Shown: piece by piece, positions 50,357 through 59,700 of the stretch
How the letters are laid out: each line of letters begins with the position of its first letter
Numbering within the stretch: position 1 is the first letter of the stretch
From: an uncultured Holophaga sp.
GTDB lineage: Bacteria > Acidobacteriota > Holophagae > Holophagales > Holophagaceae
Direction: 5' to 3'
Assembly (NCBI GenBank): GCA_963664825.1
Contig: OY761614.1
Coordinates: 608,001-672,000, forward strand
Length of the DNA stretch: 64,000 nt
Notes under the pieces: model-generated
Databases searched by the model: none
Told to the model about the DNA's origin: nothing
What the model saw: only the letters and a program-made list of their open reading frames with translations
Program-made: the position numbers and the translations under genes

Positions 50357-50934
50357 CAGCCCATCAGGGCCTTGGCGCGGGCCTGACTGGCGGCCAGCAC
50401 CTCGTCATGGAGGGAACCGCCGTGGCTGTCCATGGTCACCACCAGGGGGAAATCCTCTACCTCGACGATCCAGAAGGCTTCGGGGCTGCCGAATTCCTCC
50501 AGCATCTTCACATCCACAACTCGCTTCACGCGCTCCGCCAATAGCGCCCCGGCGCCTCCCGTGGCGTGGAAGTAACAGGCCCCCACCTTCTGGAGCCCAC
50601 CGCTGGTCTTGGGGCCCATGCCACCCTTGCCGATGACCCCGCGCACACCATAGGTCTCCAGCACCTCGGCCTGGTAGGGCTCCTCGCGGATGCTGGTGGT
50701 GGGTCCCGAGGAGACGAAACGCCATGTGCCATCGGGGTTCTTGGCCACCACCGGGCCGCAGTGGTAGATGACGGAATCCTTGAGGATCGGCTTCAGCCAC
50801 TCGGGCTTATTTTCGATCATGAACTTGTGGCCCATATCGCGGCTGAGGATGACCCTGCCGCTGAGCAGCACCTCGTCGCCCACATGAAGGGCGCGAATCG
50901 ATTGTTCGGTGATGGGTGTGCTGAGACGGATCAT
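50356..50934 (-). CDS. Fe-S hydro-lyase (class I fumarate hydratase) beta subunit
   Basis: IYHCGPV, GPTTSIR, IGKGGMG and MDSHG motifs. Start at ATG 50934 after GGGGA. Confidence 0.9.
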   Translation of the reverse strand: MIRLSTPITEQSIRALHVGDEVLLSGRVILSRDMGHKFMIENKPEWLKPILKDSVIYHCGPVVAKNPDGTWRFVSSGPTTSIREEPYQAEVLETYGVRGVIGKGGMGPKTSGGLQKVGACYFHATGGAGALLAERVKRVVDVKMLEEFGSPEAFWIVEVEDFPLVVTMDSHGGSLHDEVLAASQARAKALMG

Positions 50935-50942
50935 GATTTCCC

Positions 50943-51923
50943 CTACTCGAAGACCGCAACGCCCGTGGGCTCGATCCGAAGCGTCACCCGACGGCTGCTC
51001 CAGCACATGTAGCTGATCGTCACAAAGAAACTGGCCGGATGACGCCACAGTTCCTCCACCGCGATGCCCAGCAGCGTGGTTTTCCCGCCGTATCCCATGG
51101 GCCCGATGCCTAGCGTGTTGATCTCGGCCACCAGGGACTTTTCGAACTCGGCCAGGACCGGATTGGCATTGGACTGGTCCAGCCTGCGGAGCAGCAGTTC
51201 CTTGCTGTGTTCGTAGCCGACCACCCGATCGCCGCCGATGCAGACGCCCAGGATGCCCGGCGCGCAGCCCTGCCCCTGGGCCTTCACCACCGCATCGAGG
51301 ATGCATTTGCGCACCCCCTTGAGATCCCGGCCCGCCCCAAGGGCGGCATCCGGAAGACGGTACTGGCTGCCCACGTTCTCGCTGCCCCCGCCCTTCTGCA
51401 GCATCTTGATTTCGATGCCGGGCTGGTCCCATTCCTCGAAATGGATGATGGGGTGGGCTTCTCCGAAGGGATCCAGGTTATTGCCGGGATTCTTCCCGGA
51501 GAGCGCCTCCACACAGTTGGGCCGCAGCCAGCTGCGCCCGGTGGCCTCGGCCACCGCCGCCCGGACCTGGGCCTTGAGGCGGCGCTGGCTCACGCCGAAG
51601 GGATGGCGAACCCAGAAGATCACGGACCCCGTGTCCTGGCAGAGGGGCGCCACCCGCGCATCGGCCAGCACGATGTTCTCCAGCATGGTGTCCAGGGTAT
51701 TGGCACTGCGGCTGCCTGGGATCTCGGCATTGCGGCCGTCCACCAGCGCCTGGATCACGTCCTGGGGGAGTCGGGTGGTGGAGCGGCGGATCATCTCCAG
51801 GACGGCCAGGGTGAGATCCAGCTTCCCTGGATCCGAACACTCAGCCCTCCACCCCTTGGGCAGCACGGATTTCTCCTCCAGGGTCTCGAGGGATGTGAGT
51901 TTGGGAATTTCGCAAGTGGACAT
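50943..51923 (-). CDS. Fe-S hydro-lyase (class I fumarate hydratase) alpha subunit
   Basis: PLCQDTG, KGGGSEN, GCAP, GIGPMGYGG and CW motifs. Confidence 0.9.
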   Translation of the reverse strand: MSTCEIPKLTSLETLEEKSVLPKGWRAECSDPGKLDLTLAVLEMIRRSTTRLPQDVIQALVDGRNAEIPGSRSANTLDTMLENIVLADARVAPLCQDTGSVIFWVRHPFGVSQRRLKAQVRAAVAEATGRSWLRPNCVEALSGKNPGNNLDPFGEAHPIIHFEEWDQPGIEIKMLQKGGGSENVGSQYRLPDAALGAGRDLKGVRKCILDAVVKAQGQGCAPGILGVCIGGDRVVGYEHSKELLLRRLDQSNANPVLAEFEKSLVAEINTLGIGPMGYGGKTTLLGIAVEELWRHPASFFVTISYMCWSSRRVTLRIEPTGVAVFE

Positions 51924-51971
51924 GCTGGGCCTCAGAAGAAAGTTCAACCATCGCATTGGATCGTCAAGGGT

Positions 51972-52997
51972 TCAGGCAGTCCAGGCTCTGGCCAGTGAAA
52001 CCGTCAAAGACAGGAGAGGGGTTTGCCCCCCCGAAAAAGCCATCCCCTTCAGATCCAGGTCCGTCTGGTTCACCACGTGCAGGAGCCGCTTTACCCCTTC
52101 GGCGCCCAGGCGATCCACCACGCGCACATAGCCATCCAGCAGGAATCCCTGCTTGGGACTAAGGCCCAGGGCGCCCAGAAACTGGCCGGGTGCCTTGCCC
52201 GCGGCGCGGGCTTCCACCAGGCGCGCCAGACGCTCCACTTCGCGCCGGGCCTGGCCCAGCAGCATCAGGGGAGCACCGCTGGGTTCATCCTCCAGGGCCA
52301 CCCTCAGGGTGGCGAGGGCCTGGCCCAGCTGCCCCCTCTGCCAGGCCTGGGACCAGGCGAAAGCACTCTGTTCACCCAGGCGGAAGGTGGCCTGATCCAC
52401 CAGCGCACTCCCCACCTGGCGATCCTCGGCCAGGAGATCCAGCACCTCCAGGGTCCGCTTGAGCACACCTGGATTTCCCCCCATGCGCGCGACCAGACGG
52501 GCCGCAACGCCGGAGCCGAGCCGCAGGCCCAGAGCCTTGGCCTGGGCCTCCACGAAGGCGGGAGCCTCCCGCTCATCCAGGGCTCCGACCTTGAGCACGC
52601 GACCTTCCTTGCCCCAATCATTGAAGGGCTTGGTGGCCAGCACGCGCCCCGGGGCCGCGCTCAGGGCCGCCCGGGAGACCAGCAGCAGCCGAGTGCCGGG
52701 CAGGGGTTGGGTCAGCAGGGTCTTGATGGAGGCAGGCAGTTCCTTGGGCTTCTCCAGCAGGTTCTCGGCCTGGGGCACGATGACCACCCGATCGGTGCCC
52801 AGGGGGGCCGATTCCAGAAGGGCATTCTGCACCTCGGGCCAGGGACATCCCTCCGCGCAGACCAGGAGGGAGAAATCGACCCATTCCGGATCCACATGGA
52901 TGGCCTTCCAGGCCTCCACGGCCTCCCGGCGCCCATCCCCGTCCTCGCCATGGAGGAGGGCGTACTCGGCCTTGAGCCAACCGGAGGGAAGAGCCAT
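51972..52997 (-). CDS. holA: DNA polymerase III subunit delta
   Basis: LLHGED N-terminus and DLDLKG C-terminal motif, about 340 aa, translationally coupled to lptE. Confidence 0.75.
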   Translation of the reverse strand: MALPSGWLKAEYALLHGEDGDGRREAVEAWKAIHVDPEWVDFSLLVCAEGCPWPEVQNALLESAPLGTDRVVIVPQAENLLEKPKELPASIKTLLTQPLPGTRLLLVSRAALSAAPGRVLATKPFNDWGKEGRVLKVGALDEREAPAFVEAQAKALGLRLGSGVAARLVARMGGNPGVLKRTLEVLDLLAEDRQVGSALVDQATFRLGEQSAFAWSQAWQRGQLGQALATLRVALEDEPSGAPLMLLGQARREVERLARLVEARAAGKAPGQFLGALGLSPKQGFLLDGYVRVVDRLGAEGVKRLLHVVNQTDLDLKGMAFSGGQTPLLSLTVSLARAWTA

Positions 52998-53545
52998 CAC
53001 TCGCTTCCCTCCAAGAGCTGGGTGAGGAAGCTCTCGGCGAAATCGTCGGCGAGGTTCTCCACCACCTGCAGCTCCCGGTTATCGAAGCTGGCGAAGTTCT
53101 GATCCACCCGGTATTGGTTGCTGAAGGTGAGCTTGGGGCGGGAGATGGCCACGACCCCGGTCTGGCCATCCAACAACTGCACGGAGGCTACGATTACCAC
53201 TTCCAATCGGCTAGCCGTGCCCGCGCTGCCCCGGGACTGGGTATTGCCCAGGGAGAGCCCCAGCGGGCGCAACTCGTACTTCTCCAGAGTGGCCTGGAGC
53301 ACCCACCGGGAGCCCCCGCTCTGAGGCAGCAGCTTCCAGGGGGAAGCAGCCACGATGCGGTTCTCGAGAGCCTTGCGAAAGGGTTCCTCCAACCCCAGGC
53401 GGGGTGTGTGGTTCCGGAAGCTGGCGATGCGGATGGTCTCGCCCTTGACCATCCAGGCCGCAGCCCGAGGCCGACGATCCAGCCGCTGGTAGCCACAGCC
53501 CATGACCAGGCTCGAGAGGAGGGCGGGGAGCAGGAATCTGCGCAT
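52997..53545 (-). CDS. lptE: LPS assembly lipoprotein LptE
   Basis: Lipobox MGCGY, position upstream of holA and LptE-like size. Confidence 0.8.
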   Translation of the reverse strand: MRRFLLPALLSSLVMGCGYQRLDRRPRAAAWMVKGETIRIASFRNHTPRLGLEEPFRKALENRIVAASPWKLLPQSGGSRWVLQATLEKYELRPLGLSLGNTQSRGSAGTASRLEVVIVASVQLLDGQTGVVAISRPKLTFSNQYRVDQNFASFDNRELQVVENLADDFAESFLTQLLEGSE

Positions 53546-54078
53546 CAGGCGGGGTTGTAGATCCCGACATAGGGCAGATTGCGGTATTTGCCGTCCAGAT
53601 CCAGGCCATAGCCAACGACGAAGAGATCCTCGATGGTGAAGCCGATGTATTCCACCGGCACCTCCACGCGACGACGGCTGGGCTTGCTGAGCAGCGAGCA
53701 GACCCTCAGGCTGGCGGGCTCCCGGTCCGTGAGGAGCTTGCGCACCTTATTGAGGGTGAGGCCGGTATCGACGATGTCCTCGACAATCAGGGCGTGACGA
53801 CCCCGGATGGAGCGATCCAGGTCGTGGAGGATCTTGACCTCCCCCGTGCTCTCCGTGCCCCCGCCATAGCTGGAGACCTGCATGAAGGTGACCTCGAAAT
53901 CGATATCCGTGTGCCGGGTCAGATCGGCGAAGAACTGGTAGACCCCATTGAGAAGCCCGATGACCACCAGGTCCTTGCCTGCGTAATCCCTGGCCAGCTC
54001 TTTACCCAGCTCTGCGACCCGTTCTTCGATCTGGGCCTCCGTGAACAGGGGATAGATGCGGCTGCGTGACATGCTCAT
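53545..54078 (-). CDS. hpt: hypoxanthine phosphoribosyltransferase
   Basis: VSSYG, LIVEDIVDTGLT and FVVGYGLD..YRNLP motifs. Confidence 0.96.
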   Translation of the reverse strand: MSMSRSRIYPLFTEAQIEERVAELGKELARDYAGKDLVVIGLLNGVYQFFADLTRHTDIDFEVTFMQVSSYGGGTESTGEVKILHDLDRSIRGRHALIVEDIVDTGLTLNKVRKLLTDREPASLRVCSLLSKPSRRRVEVPVEYIGFTIEDLFVVGYGLDLDGKYRNLPYVGIYNPA

Positions 54079-54148
54079 GAAACGAACCCTCCGAATTCTA
54101 ATTCAACCCGATGCATCGCACCCAGGTCTACCCGCAAGAGAAGCCGGC

Positions 54149-55867
54149 CTAGTTGGCCGCGGCGTCGAGGATCATCGGCACCACCATGGGCCGAGTCTCC
54201 GTGGTCTTCCGAATGGTGCGACGAAGATTCTGCCGGACGAGCTCGATGAGGAGGTCCTTGTTCCGACGAATTTCCGGAGGGGCGTCGTCGAAGGCCTTGC
54301 GCACCGTGCTGCGGAGCAGCTCACCGTAGGATTCGTCATCGGAGAGCACCACGAAGCCGCGGGTGAGGATCACCGGGTCTCCCGCCAGTTCGCCGGTGGC
54401 CGGATCCACCAGCAGGGTGGCGATCACGATGCCATCCTCCTGCATGATCAAGCGGTCGTGAACGACCCGGGCATCCACCCGATGGGAGACGCCCTGATCC
54501 ACGAAGCATTTGCCCACCGGCACGGTGCCGACCTTTTGGGGTTCCTTGCCCCCGAAGAATTGGAGGCACTCCCCACCCTCCAGGAGCAGCACGTGGTCCT
54601 TCCGCCATCCGAGGCTTTCCGCGATCCGCCCATGGGCCTGGAGGTTCTGGAAACGGCCATGGACCGGCACCATGGTCCGGGGTTTCAGGGTCTGGATGAG
54701 TTCGGCGGCATCCTCCCGATAGGCATGACCCGAAGCATGGATCGGCCCCAGCTCCTCGCTGGCCGTCTCCGCACCCTGACGGGCCGCCACATCCTGCATC
54801 CGGGCAATGGCCACTTCGTTGCCCGGAATGGCCCGGGAGCTGAGCACCAGACGATCCCCCGGGGCGATCTTGAGCCCCTTCACTTCCTTGCGCAGCACTC
54901 GGGCCAGGGCACTCAGTTCCTCGCCCTGGCTGCCCGTACAGAGCACGAGCACTTTGTGGGGCTTGAAGAGCGAGGCCTCGTTGGGCTGGATGAACAAGTC
55001 GTCTGGAAGCAGCAGGCATTTCAATTCCCGCGCCACCGTCACATTGCGCTCCAGGCTGCGCCCCAGGACCACGACCTTGCGGCCCTCCTCGTAGGCCAGG
55101 TCCAGCAGCGTCTGGATTCGGTTGATATTGGAGCTGAAGAGCGCGATGAAGAGCCGTCCCTTGGTCTGGCGAAAGGCCTGGCGCAGGCCCTCACGGCAGC
55201 TCTCCTCCGAGGGCGTCCTGCCGGGCTTCATCACATTGGTGGAATCCGCCAGCAGCACGGAGACGCCCGCCTTCCCCAGGGCCTTGAGGCGCTGGGTGCC
55301 GGTCATGCGCCCATCGGTGGGGGTATGGTCCAGCTTGAAGTCCCCGGAATGAACGATCACGCCCTGGGGGGTATGCAGGGCGATGGCGCAGGCGTCGGGG
55401 ATGCTATGGGTGACAGGAATCCACTCGGCTTCGATTTCACCGCTACCGATGCGGACGCGTTCGAAATCCGACACCCGGCGCAGCAGCTTGAGGTCCAGCT
55501 CAAACTCGCGCATCTTGCGCTCGAGCACCCCCAGGGTGAAGGCCGTGCCGTAGACCGGCACCGGCCACCGCTCCAGGAAATAGGGGAGCGCCCCCAGATG
55601 ATCCTCGTGCCCGTGGGTGAGCAGCACGGCATCGATCTGATCGGCGAAGGGCTCGAGATAAGCGAAGTCCGGCACGATGCTATCGATGCCTGGCTCATCG
55701 TCCGAGGGAAAGAGCTGACCGCAATCCACCAGGAAGAGGCTCTTGGCCGTATGGACGACCAAGGAATTCATCCCGAACTCCCCCAGCCCCCCGATGGGGA
55801 TCAGGCGCATCTCGCCCTTGCGGGGGGCTTCCTGCCAGGTTTCAAAGGTCGGTGAGTGAGATTCCAT
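54149..55867 (-). CDS. rnj: ribonuclease J
   Basis: GGLGEFGMN, THGHEDHLG, HSIPD, HSGDFK, TGSQGE and HASGH motifs. Confidence 0.95.
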   Translation of the reverse strand: MESHSPTFETWQEAPRKGEMRLIPIGGLGEFGMNSLVVHTAKSLFLVDCGQLFPSDDEPGIDSIVPDFAYLEPFADQIDAVLLTHGHEDHLGALPYFLERWPVPVYGTAFTLGVLERKMREFELDLKLLRRVSDFERVRIGSGEIEAEWIPVTHSIPDACAIALHTPQGVIVHSGDFKLDHTPTDGRMTGTQRLKALGKAGVSVLLADSTNVMKPGRTPSEESCREGLRQAFRQTKGRLFIALFSSNINRIQTLLDLAYEEGRKVVVLGRSLERNVTVARELKCLLLPDDLFIQPNEASLFKPHKVLVLCTGSQGEELSALARVLRKEVKGLKIAPGDRLVLSSRAIPGNEVAIARMQDVAARQGAETASEELGPIHASGHAYREDAAELIQTLKPRTMVPVHGRFQNLQAHGRIAESLGWRKDHVLLLEGGECLQFFGGKEPQKVGTVPVGKCFVDQGVSHRVDARVVHDRLIMQEDGIVIATLLVDPATGELAGDPVILTRGFVVLSDDESYGELLRSTVRKAFDDAPPEIRRNKDLLIELVRQNLRRTIRKTTETRPMVVPMILDAAAN

Positions 55868-56681
55868 GGTTTTCCTTGGGGAGGGCCCCGATAGCCTGAA
55901 TTGATTTCAACAGACGCAGCCAGGTTGCGGGCTCGATGGCCTCCGCGCGGATGGCAGGGGCCAGGCCCTCGGCATCCAGGATGGCCTTGATCCGTTCCGT
56001 GTCCAGGAAGCAGAGCCAGTTATTGGAAAGCGTCTTGCGACGGTGAGCGAAGCTGCGGTGAAGGAGGGCCAGCAGCACCCTCCGGGTCTCATGATCGGGC
56101 GCATCCGGGTGGCGATCGAAGCGCAGCACGACCGAATCCACCTTCGGCGCGGGCCGGAAGGAACCTGGTCCCAGCTTCATCAGGCGAGTGACCCGGCAGC
56201 AGAGCTGGGAGAGCACAGAGAGCGGCCCGAAGGCCTTCTCTCCAGGATGGCCCAGGATCTTCTGGCCCACCTCGAGCTGAAACATGAAGACCAAGCGCTC
56301 CCAGTCCAGGGGTTCCAGCAGGAAACGCGTCAGGATGGGCGTGGCCGCGTTGTAGGGCAGATTGCCCACCACGGACCAGGACCCGCCTTCGGGGAGGGGC
56401 GCCTGGACCGCATCCCCCCGCAGAATATGGAAGTGGGAAATCCCCCCGAAGCGCTCCGCCAGAAGGGCGCAGGCCTCCGGGTCCAGGTCCATGGCCCACA
56501 GGGGACGGCCATCCGCCAGGAGAGGTTCCGTCAGCGTCCCAGGCCCCGGGCCAATCTCCAGGAGGAGGGAGGCCGGGGAGGCCAGTGTGTCCCTGACGAT
56601 TGACCGAATGGCCGCAGACGAAATCAGGAAATTCTGGCCGAGCTCTTTCTTTGGACGGAGTTGGAGAGCAGGAGGGTTCAT
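55842..56681 (-). CDS. rsmA: 16S rRNA A1518/A1519 dimethyltransferase
   Basis: KKELGQNFL, EIGPGPG, GNLPYN, FRPAPKVDS and RRKTL motifs. Confidence 0.94.
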   Translation of the reverse strand: MNPPALQLRPKKELGQNFLISSAAIRSIVRDTLASPASLLLEIGPGPGTLTEPLLADGRPLWAMDLDPEACALLAERFGGISHFHILRGDAVQAPLPEGGSWSVVGNLPYNAATPILTRFLLEPLDWERLVFMFQLEVGQKILGHPGEKAFGPLSVLSQLCCRVTRLMKLGPGSFRPAPKVDSVVLRFDRHPDAPDHETRRVLLALLHRSFAHRRKTLSNNWLCFLDTERIKAILDAEGLAPAIRAEAIEPATWLRLLKSIQAIGALPKENHGISLTDL

Positions 56682-56718
56682 GTAGGACTCCATACTCTCA
56701 TCCAATTTGAAGGCTTGC

Positions 56719-56748
56719 AAAAAAGGCACCGGCCTTGAGCCGGCGCCT
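56719..56748 (-). terminator. rho-independent terminator of the pilVWXY1 unit
   Basis: AGGCGCCGGC-TCAAG-GCCGGTGCCT followed by a T-run in transcript sense. Confidence 0.85.
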
Positions 56749-56766
56749 CCTTCCCTCAGGACGTTC

Positions 56767-59700
56767 CTAATGCACAGTCCGCCACACCCGGGGCTTGGGG
56801 AAACGCTGGGAGGCGGTGCCGCGGATGGTGTGGATCTCCGGCGTGGTCAGGCTCGATCCGGTCGGAGCACCGCTGACCAGCACGGCGCCTCCCTGCAGGA
56901 CGCCTCGGGTGCCCACGGCGATGTAATCCGAAGCCACCCCCGCCCACTTGTCCGTCTGCCCGCTGAGGGGCACGAACCCGCTCCGGGTGTCCTTGACGAT
57001 GGGATTCTTGACGTCGGTGATCAGCCAGCTGTAGCTCTCGCCATCCCCCGGCTTGCAGGGATCCGCCTTGATGGGTTGGAAATACGTGTAGAAGAGGCTG
57101 CCTGCCACCACCATGGGGGGATTGATCCCCTTGGGGGTGAAACCGCGGTCGATGCTCGGGAAATTCACGTAGTAGCCGAATTTGGGAGTCCCGTAGACAT
57201 TAGGAGGCCCAACGGTGTATGAGGCGAGGTAGTAATCGGGACATCCGGGGGTGATGTACTTGAAGATGTCATCCCCACAGGCGTTGGCCGGCGTGGAACT
57301 GACGTTATTGTCCGTGAAATTGGCCAGGCCGCCATCCGTGATGCCCGCATCGGGCCCCGCAGCGCTGTCCAGACCCCAGGCCCGGCTATCCTGCCGGTCG
57401 AACACCACGGTCAGACGGTGGTTGATGGGCGCGATATCGGTGGTCGTGTTGTATTTCTGGTCCAGGGGATTATTGCGATCCCCGCTCACCATGGCCACCC
57501 CCACAGCGGAGGGGGCCACGGACCCGGCCTTCCCCACCCCCGGGAAGGTGCCCACCCGGAAGGGCGCGGGAAGGGTGGAATAGCGGGCCCCGAGCGCGGT
57601 TGTCTTGTTGGAGTCCTGATAGACCTTCCGCATGGACCAATTGGTGAGCTGGGAGCTATCGATGCGGAAATCCACGTAGGGATCCGTCGCCGATACGGCC
57701 TTGGAGCCCCAGGCCCAGAGGCCCCCCTTGTAATCCAGGAAATAGGCCCGCTGGGCCATGCCGGAATTGAGGATGTACTCGAAGGGAATGAGGCCACCCG
57801 CCACCGGCCCCACCGTGCTTCCCCCGATATTCGAATCGGTCAGGTTCTTGACGGCCAGAACCGCGCCCGAATACACATCCAGGGCCATGACGGAACGTCC
57901 CAGGGGGGTGGAATTGCCCGACCCGTCGGGAAAGCTGGCCTCCACTTCCGGAACACTGAAACCACCCCCCAGGAAAACCGCATCCCGGATGACGCTATTG
58001 AACTGGATCCGCCCAAAGGCTGGCGTGCATGTGGAGAAACCCCACTTCGCCAGGATATCGGTCACGCCGCTGAGGGTTGGACCGCCCGCCAGGATCCGGG
58101 TGCTGGGGAAACTGGCCGCCTCATCGGGCACAAGGGTCCATTGCAGGGTCGGCGTGAAGGGATCGTGGATATCGAGCGCGTAGTAGCTGCGACCTCCCTT
58201 GCGGAGCCCGATGACTGCGATAGCGCGTTCCGTGGAATCCACCACGCCATTGCCCGCCCCACCGCCGGAGGGGGGCAGATCCAGGTGATACAGAGCCGGG
58301 GATCCATCCACCATGAAGCGGTGCGGATTATTGGGCACGGTGATGTAGTTGAGATTGGCCAGGAAATCCGTGGGCATGAAGCTCCAGAGCTCATCGACGG
58401 CCCCCTCGATGATCTGCTGGCCGGCATTGGGATTGGGCGCCGCCAGCGTGGTGGTCTTGGTCACCTCCCCGAAGGCGTGCAGCCATCCCTGGTTGGTGCC
58501 TACCAGGATGAGCCGGAAGCGGTTCCCGCCCACGGCGGCCAGACGAGGCGTGAGCCTAGCCGACACATCGCTCCATTTGTATTCCAGGGCCGCCGGGGCT
58601 GAATTGATGATGTCACCCATGATGTTGGTCCGGTTGACCGTCGGACGGCCGTCGGCGTCATAGGGCCCCTTGACCGTGTCACCGCCCGCGGCGAACTGGA
58701 TGACCGCCCTCTGGGCGGCGCTACCCGCAGCCAGGGAAGTCGTCACGTATTTCTGAAGGCCATTGGTGGCATCCGAATAATCCGTGCCCGTATCGGTGAA
58801 GGGCTTGAGCGCGGTGCCACCCGGAACACGGGTGTAGAGCTTCCGCGCGCTCCAGAGCCGGGCATAGAACAGGGCGTCCTTGGCCGACCACTGGGCCGTG
58901 TTCGCGTCGAGGGTGGAGGCCTGGGAGCCCGTCTTGTCGAGGATGAGGGTCTGGCCGTTCACCTCCCGGGTGCCGAACATGAGCAGGTCTCCGGGCCAAA
59001 CGGCGCCTCCGGTCACGGGGGGCTGGAATTTGCCTGCGTAGATCTGCTTGCCGAGGCTCGCCCCCACGAAGGGCAGGTTCGGATTGGCGGTGGCGTTGAT
59101 GTTGGGAGCGCCCGTCATCTCCAGGAAGGCCCTGCGCAGATCCGTGTTCAGCTTCTCGGGATTGGTGGCATCGAAGAAATAGAGGCTTCCCGACTTCTTC
59201 TGCCCCACTTCGGGAAAGTCGGTGGTGGCCCCTGGTTTAGCCTCCCACACGAAGGGCGTGAGGGTGCTGATATCCTCCGTGGCGGGCATGCCCTTGTCGC
59301 CCACAGCCGCTGTGAGGAAGAGGTTGCGCTTGGCGCCGGAATCCGTGTACTTGCCCCCCAGACTCACACCCACCGCCATGGTCGTGATGGGGTGGTCGTA
59401 CCCGAAATCCACTCCGTTGCGCTTCTTAATGGCATAGGGCAGGAAGGACCTCGGCGTGCCAGACGTCGTAGTCGTGCCGGGGTTAAGAGCCGCCAGATAA
59501 TCCGTGCCCACCGCGCCCATGGAGGAATCGCACATGTGGGCCGCGACCCCGGCGAAGGTGAACATGTTCCAGTAGGAGCCCGTCCGATCGATGGAGGCAC
59601 GATTGGCGATGATCGCCCTGTTGCCCGCCAGGGCATTGACCTTGGTTGTGCCCGAGGCGGCCACCAGGTAGGGCGTATCCATGTTCTGATTGGGGGTCGA

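Noticed and set aside
50935..51432. Long N-terminal extension of the fumarase beta subunit, suggesting a frameshifted fused fumarase
   Set aside because: The alpha subunit ends cleanly at 50943 and beta has its own RBS and ATG. Two-subunit class I enzymes are well known.
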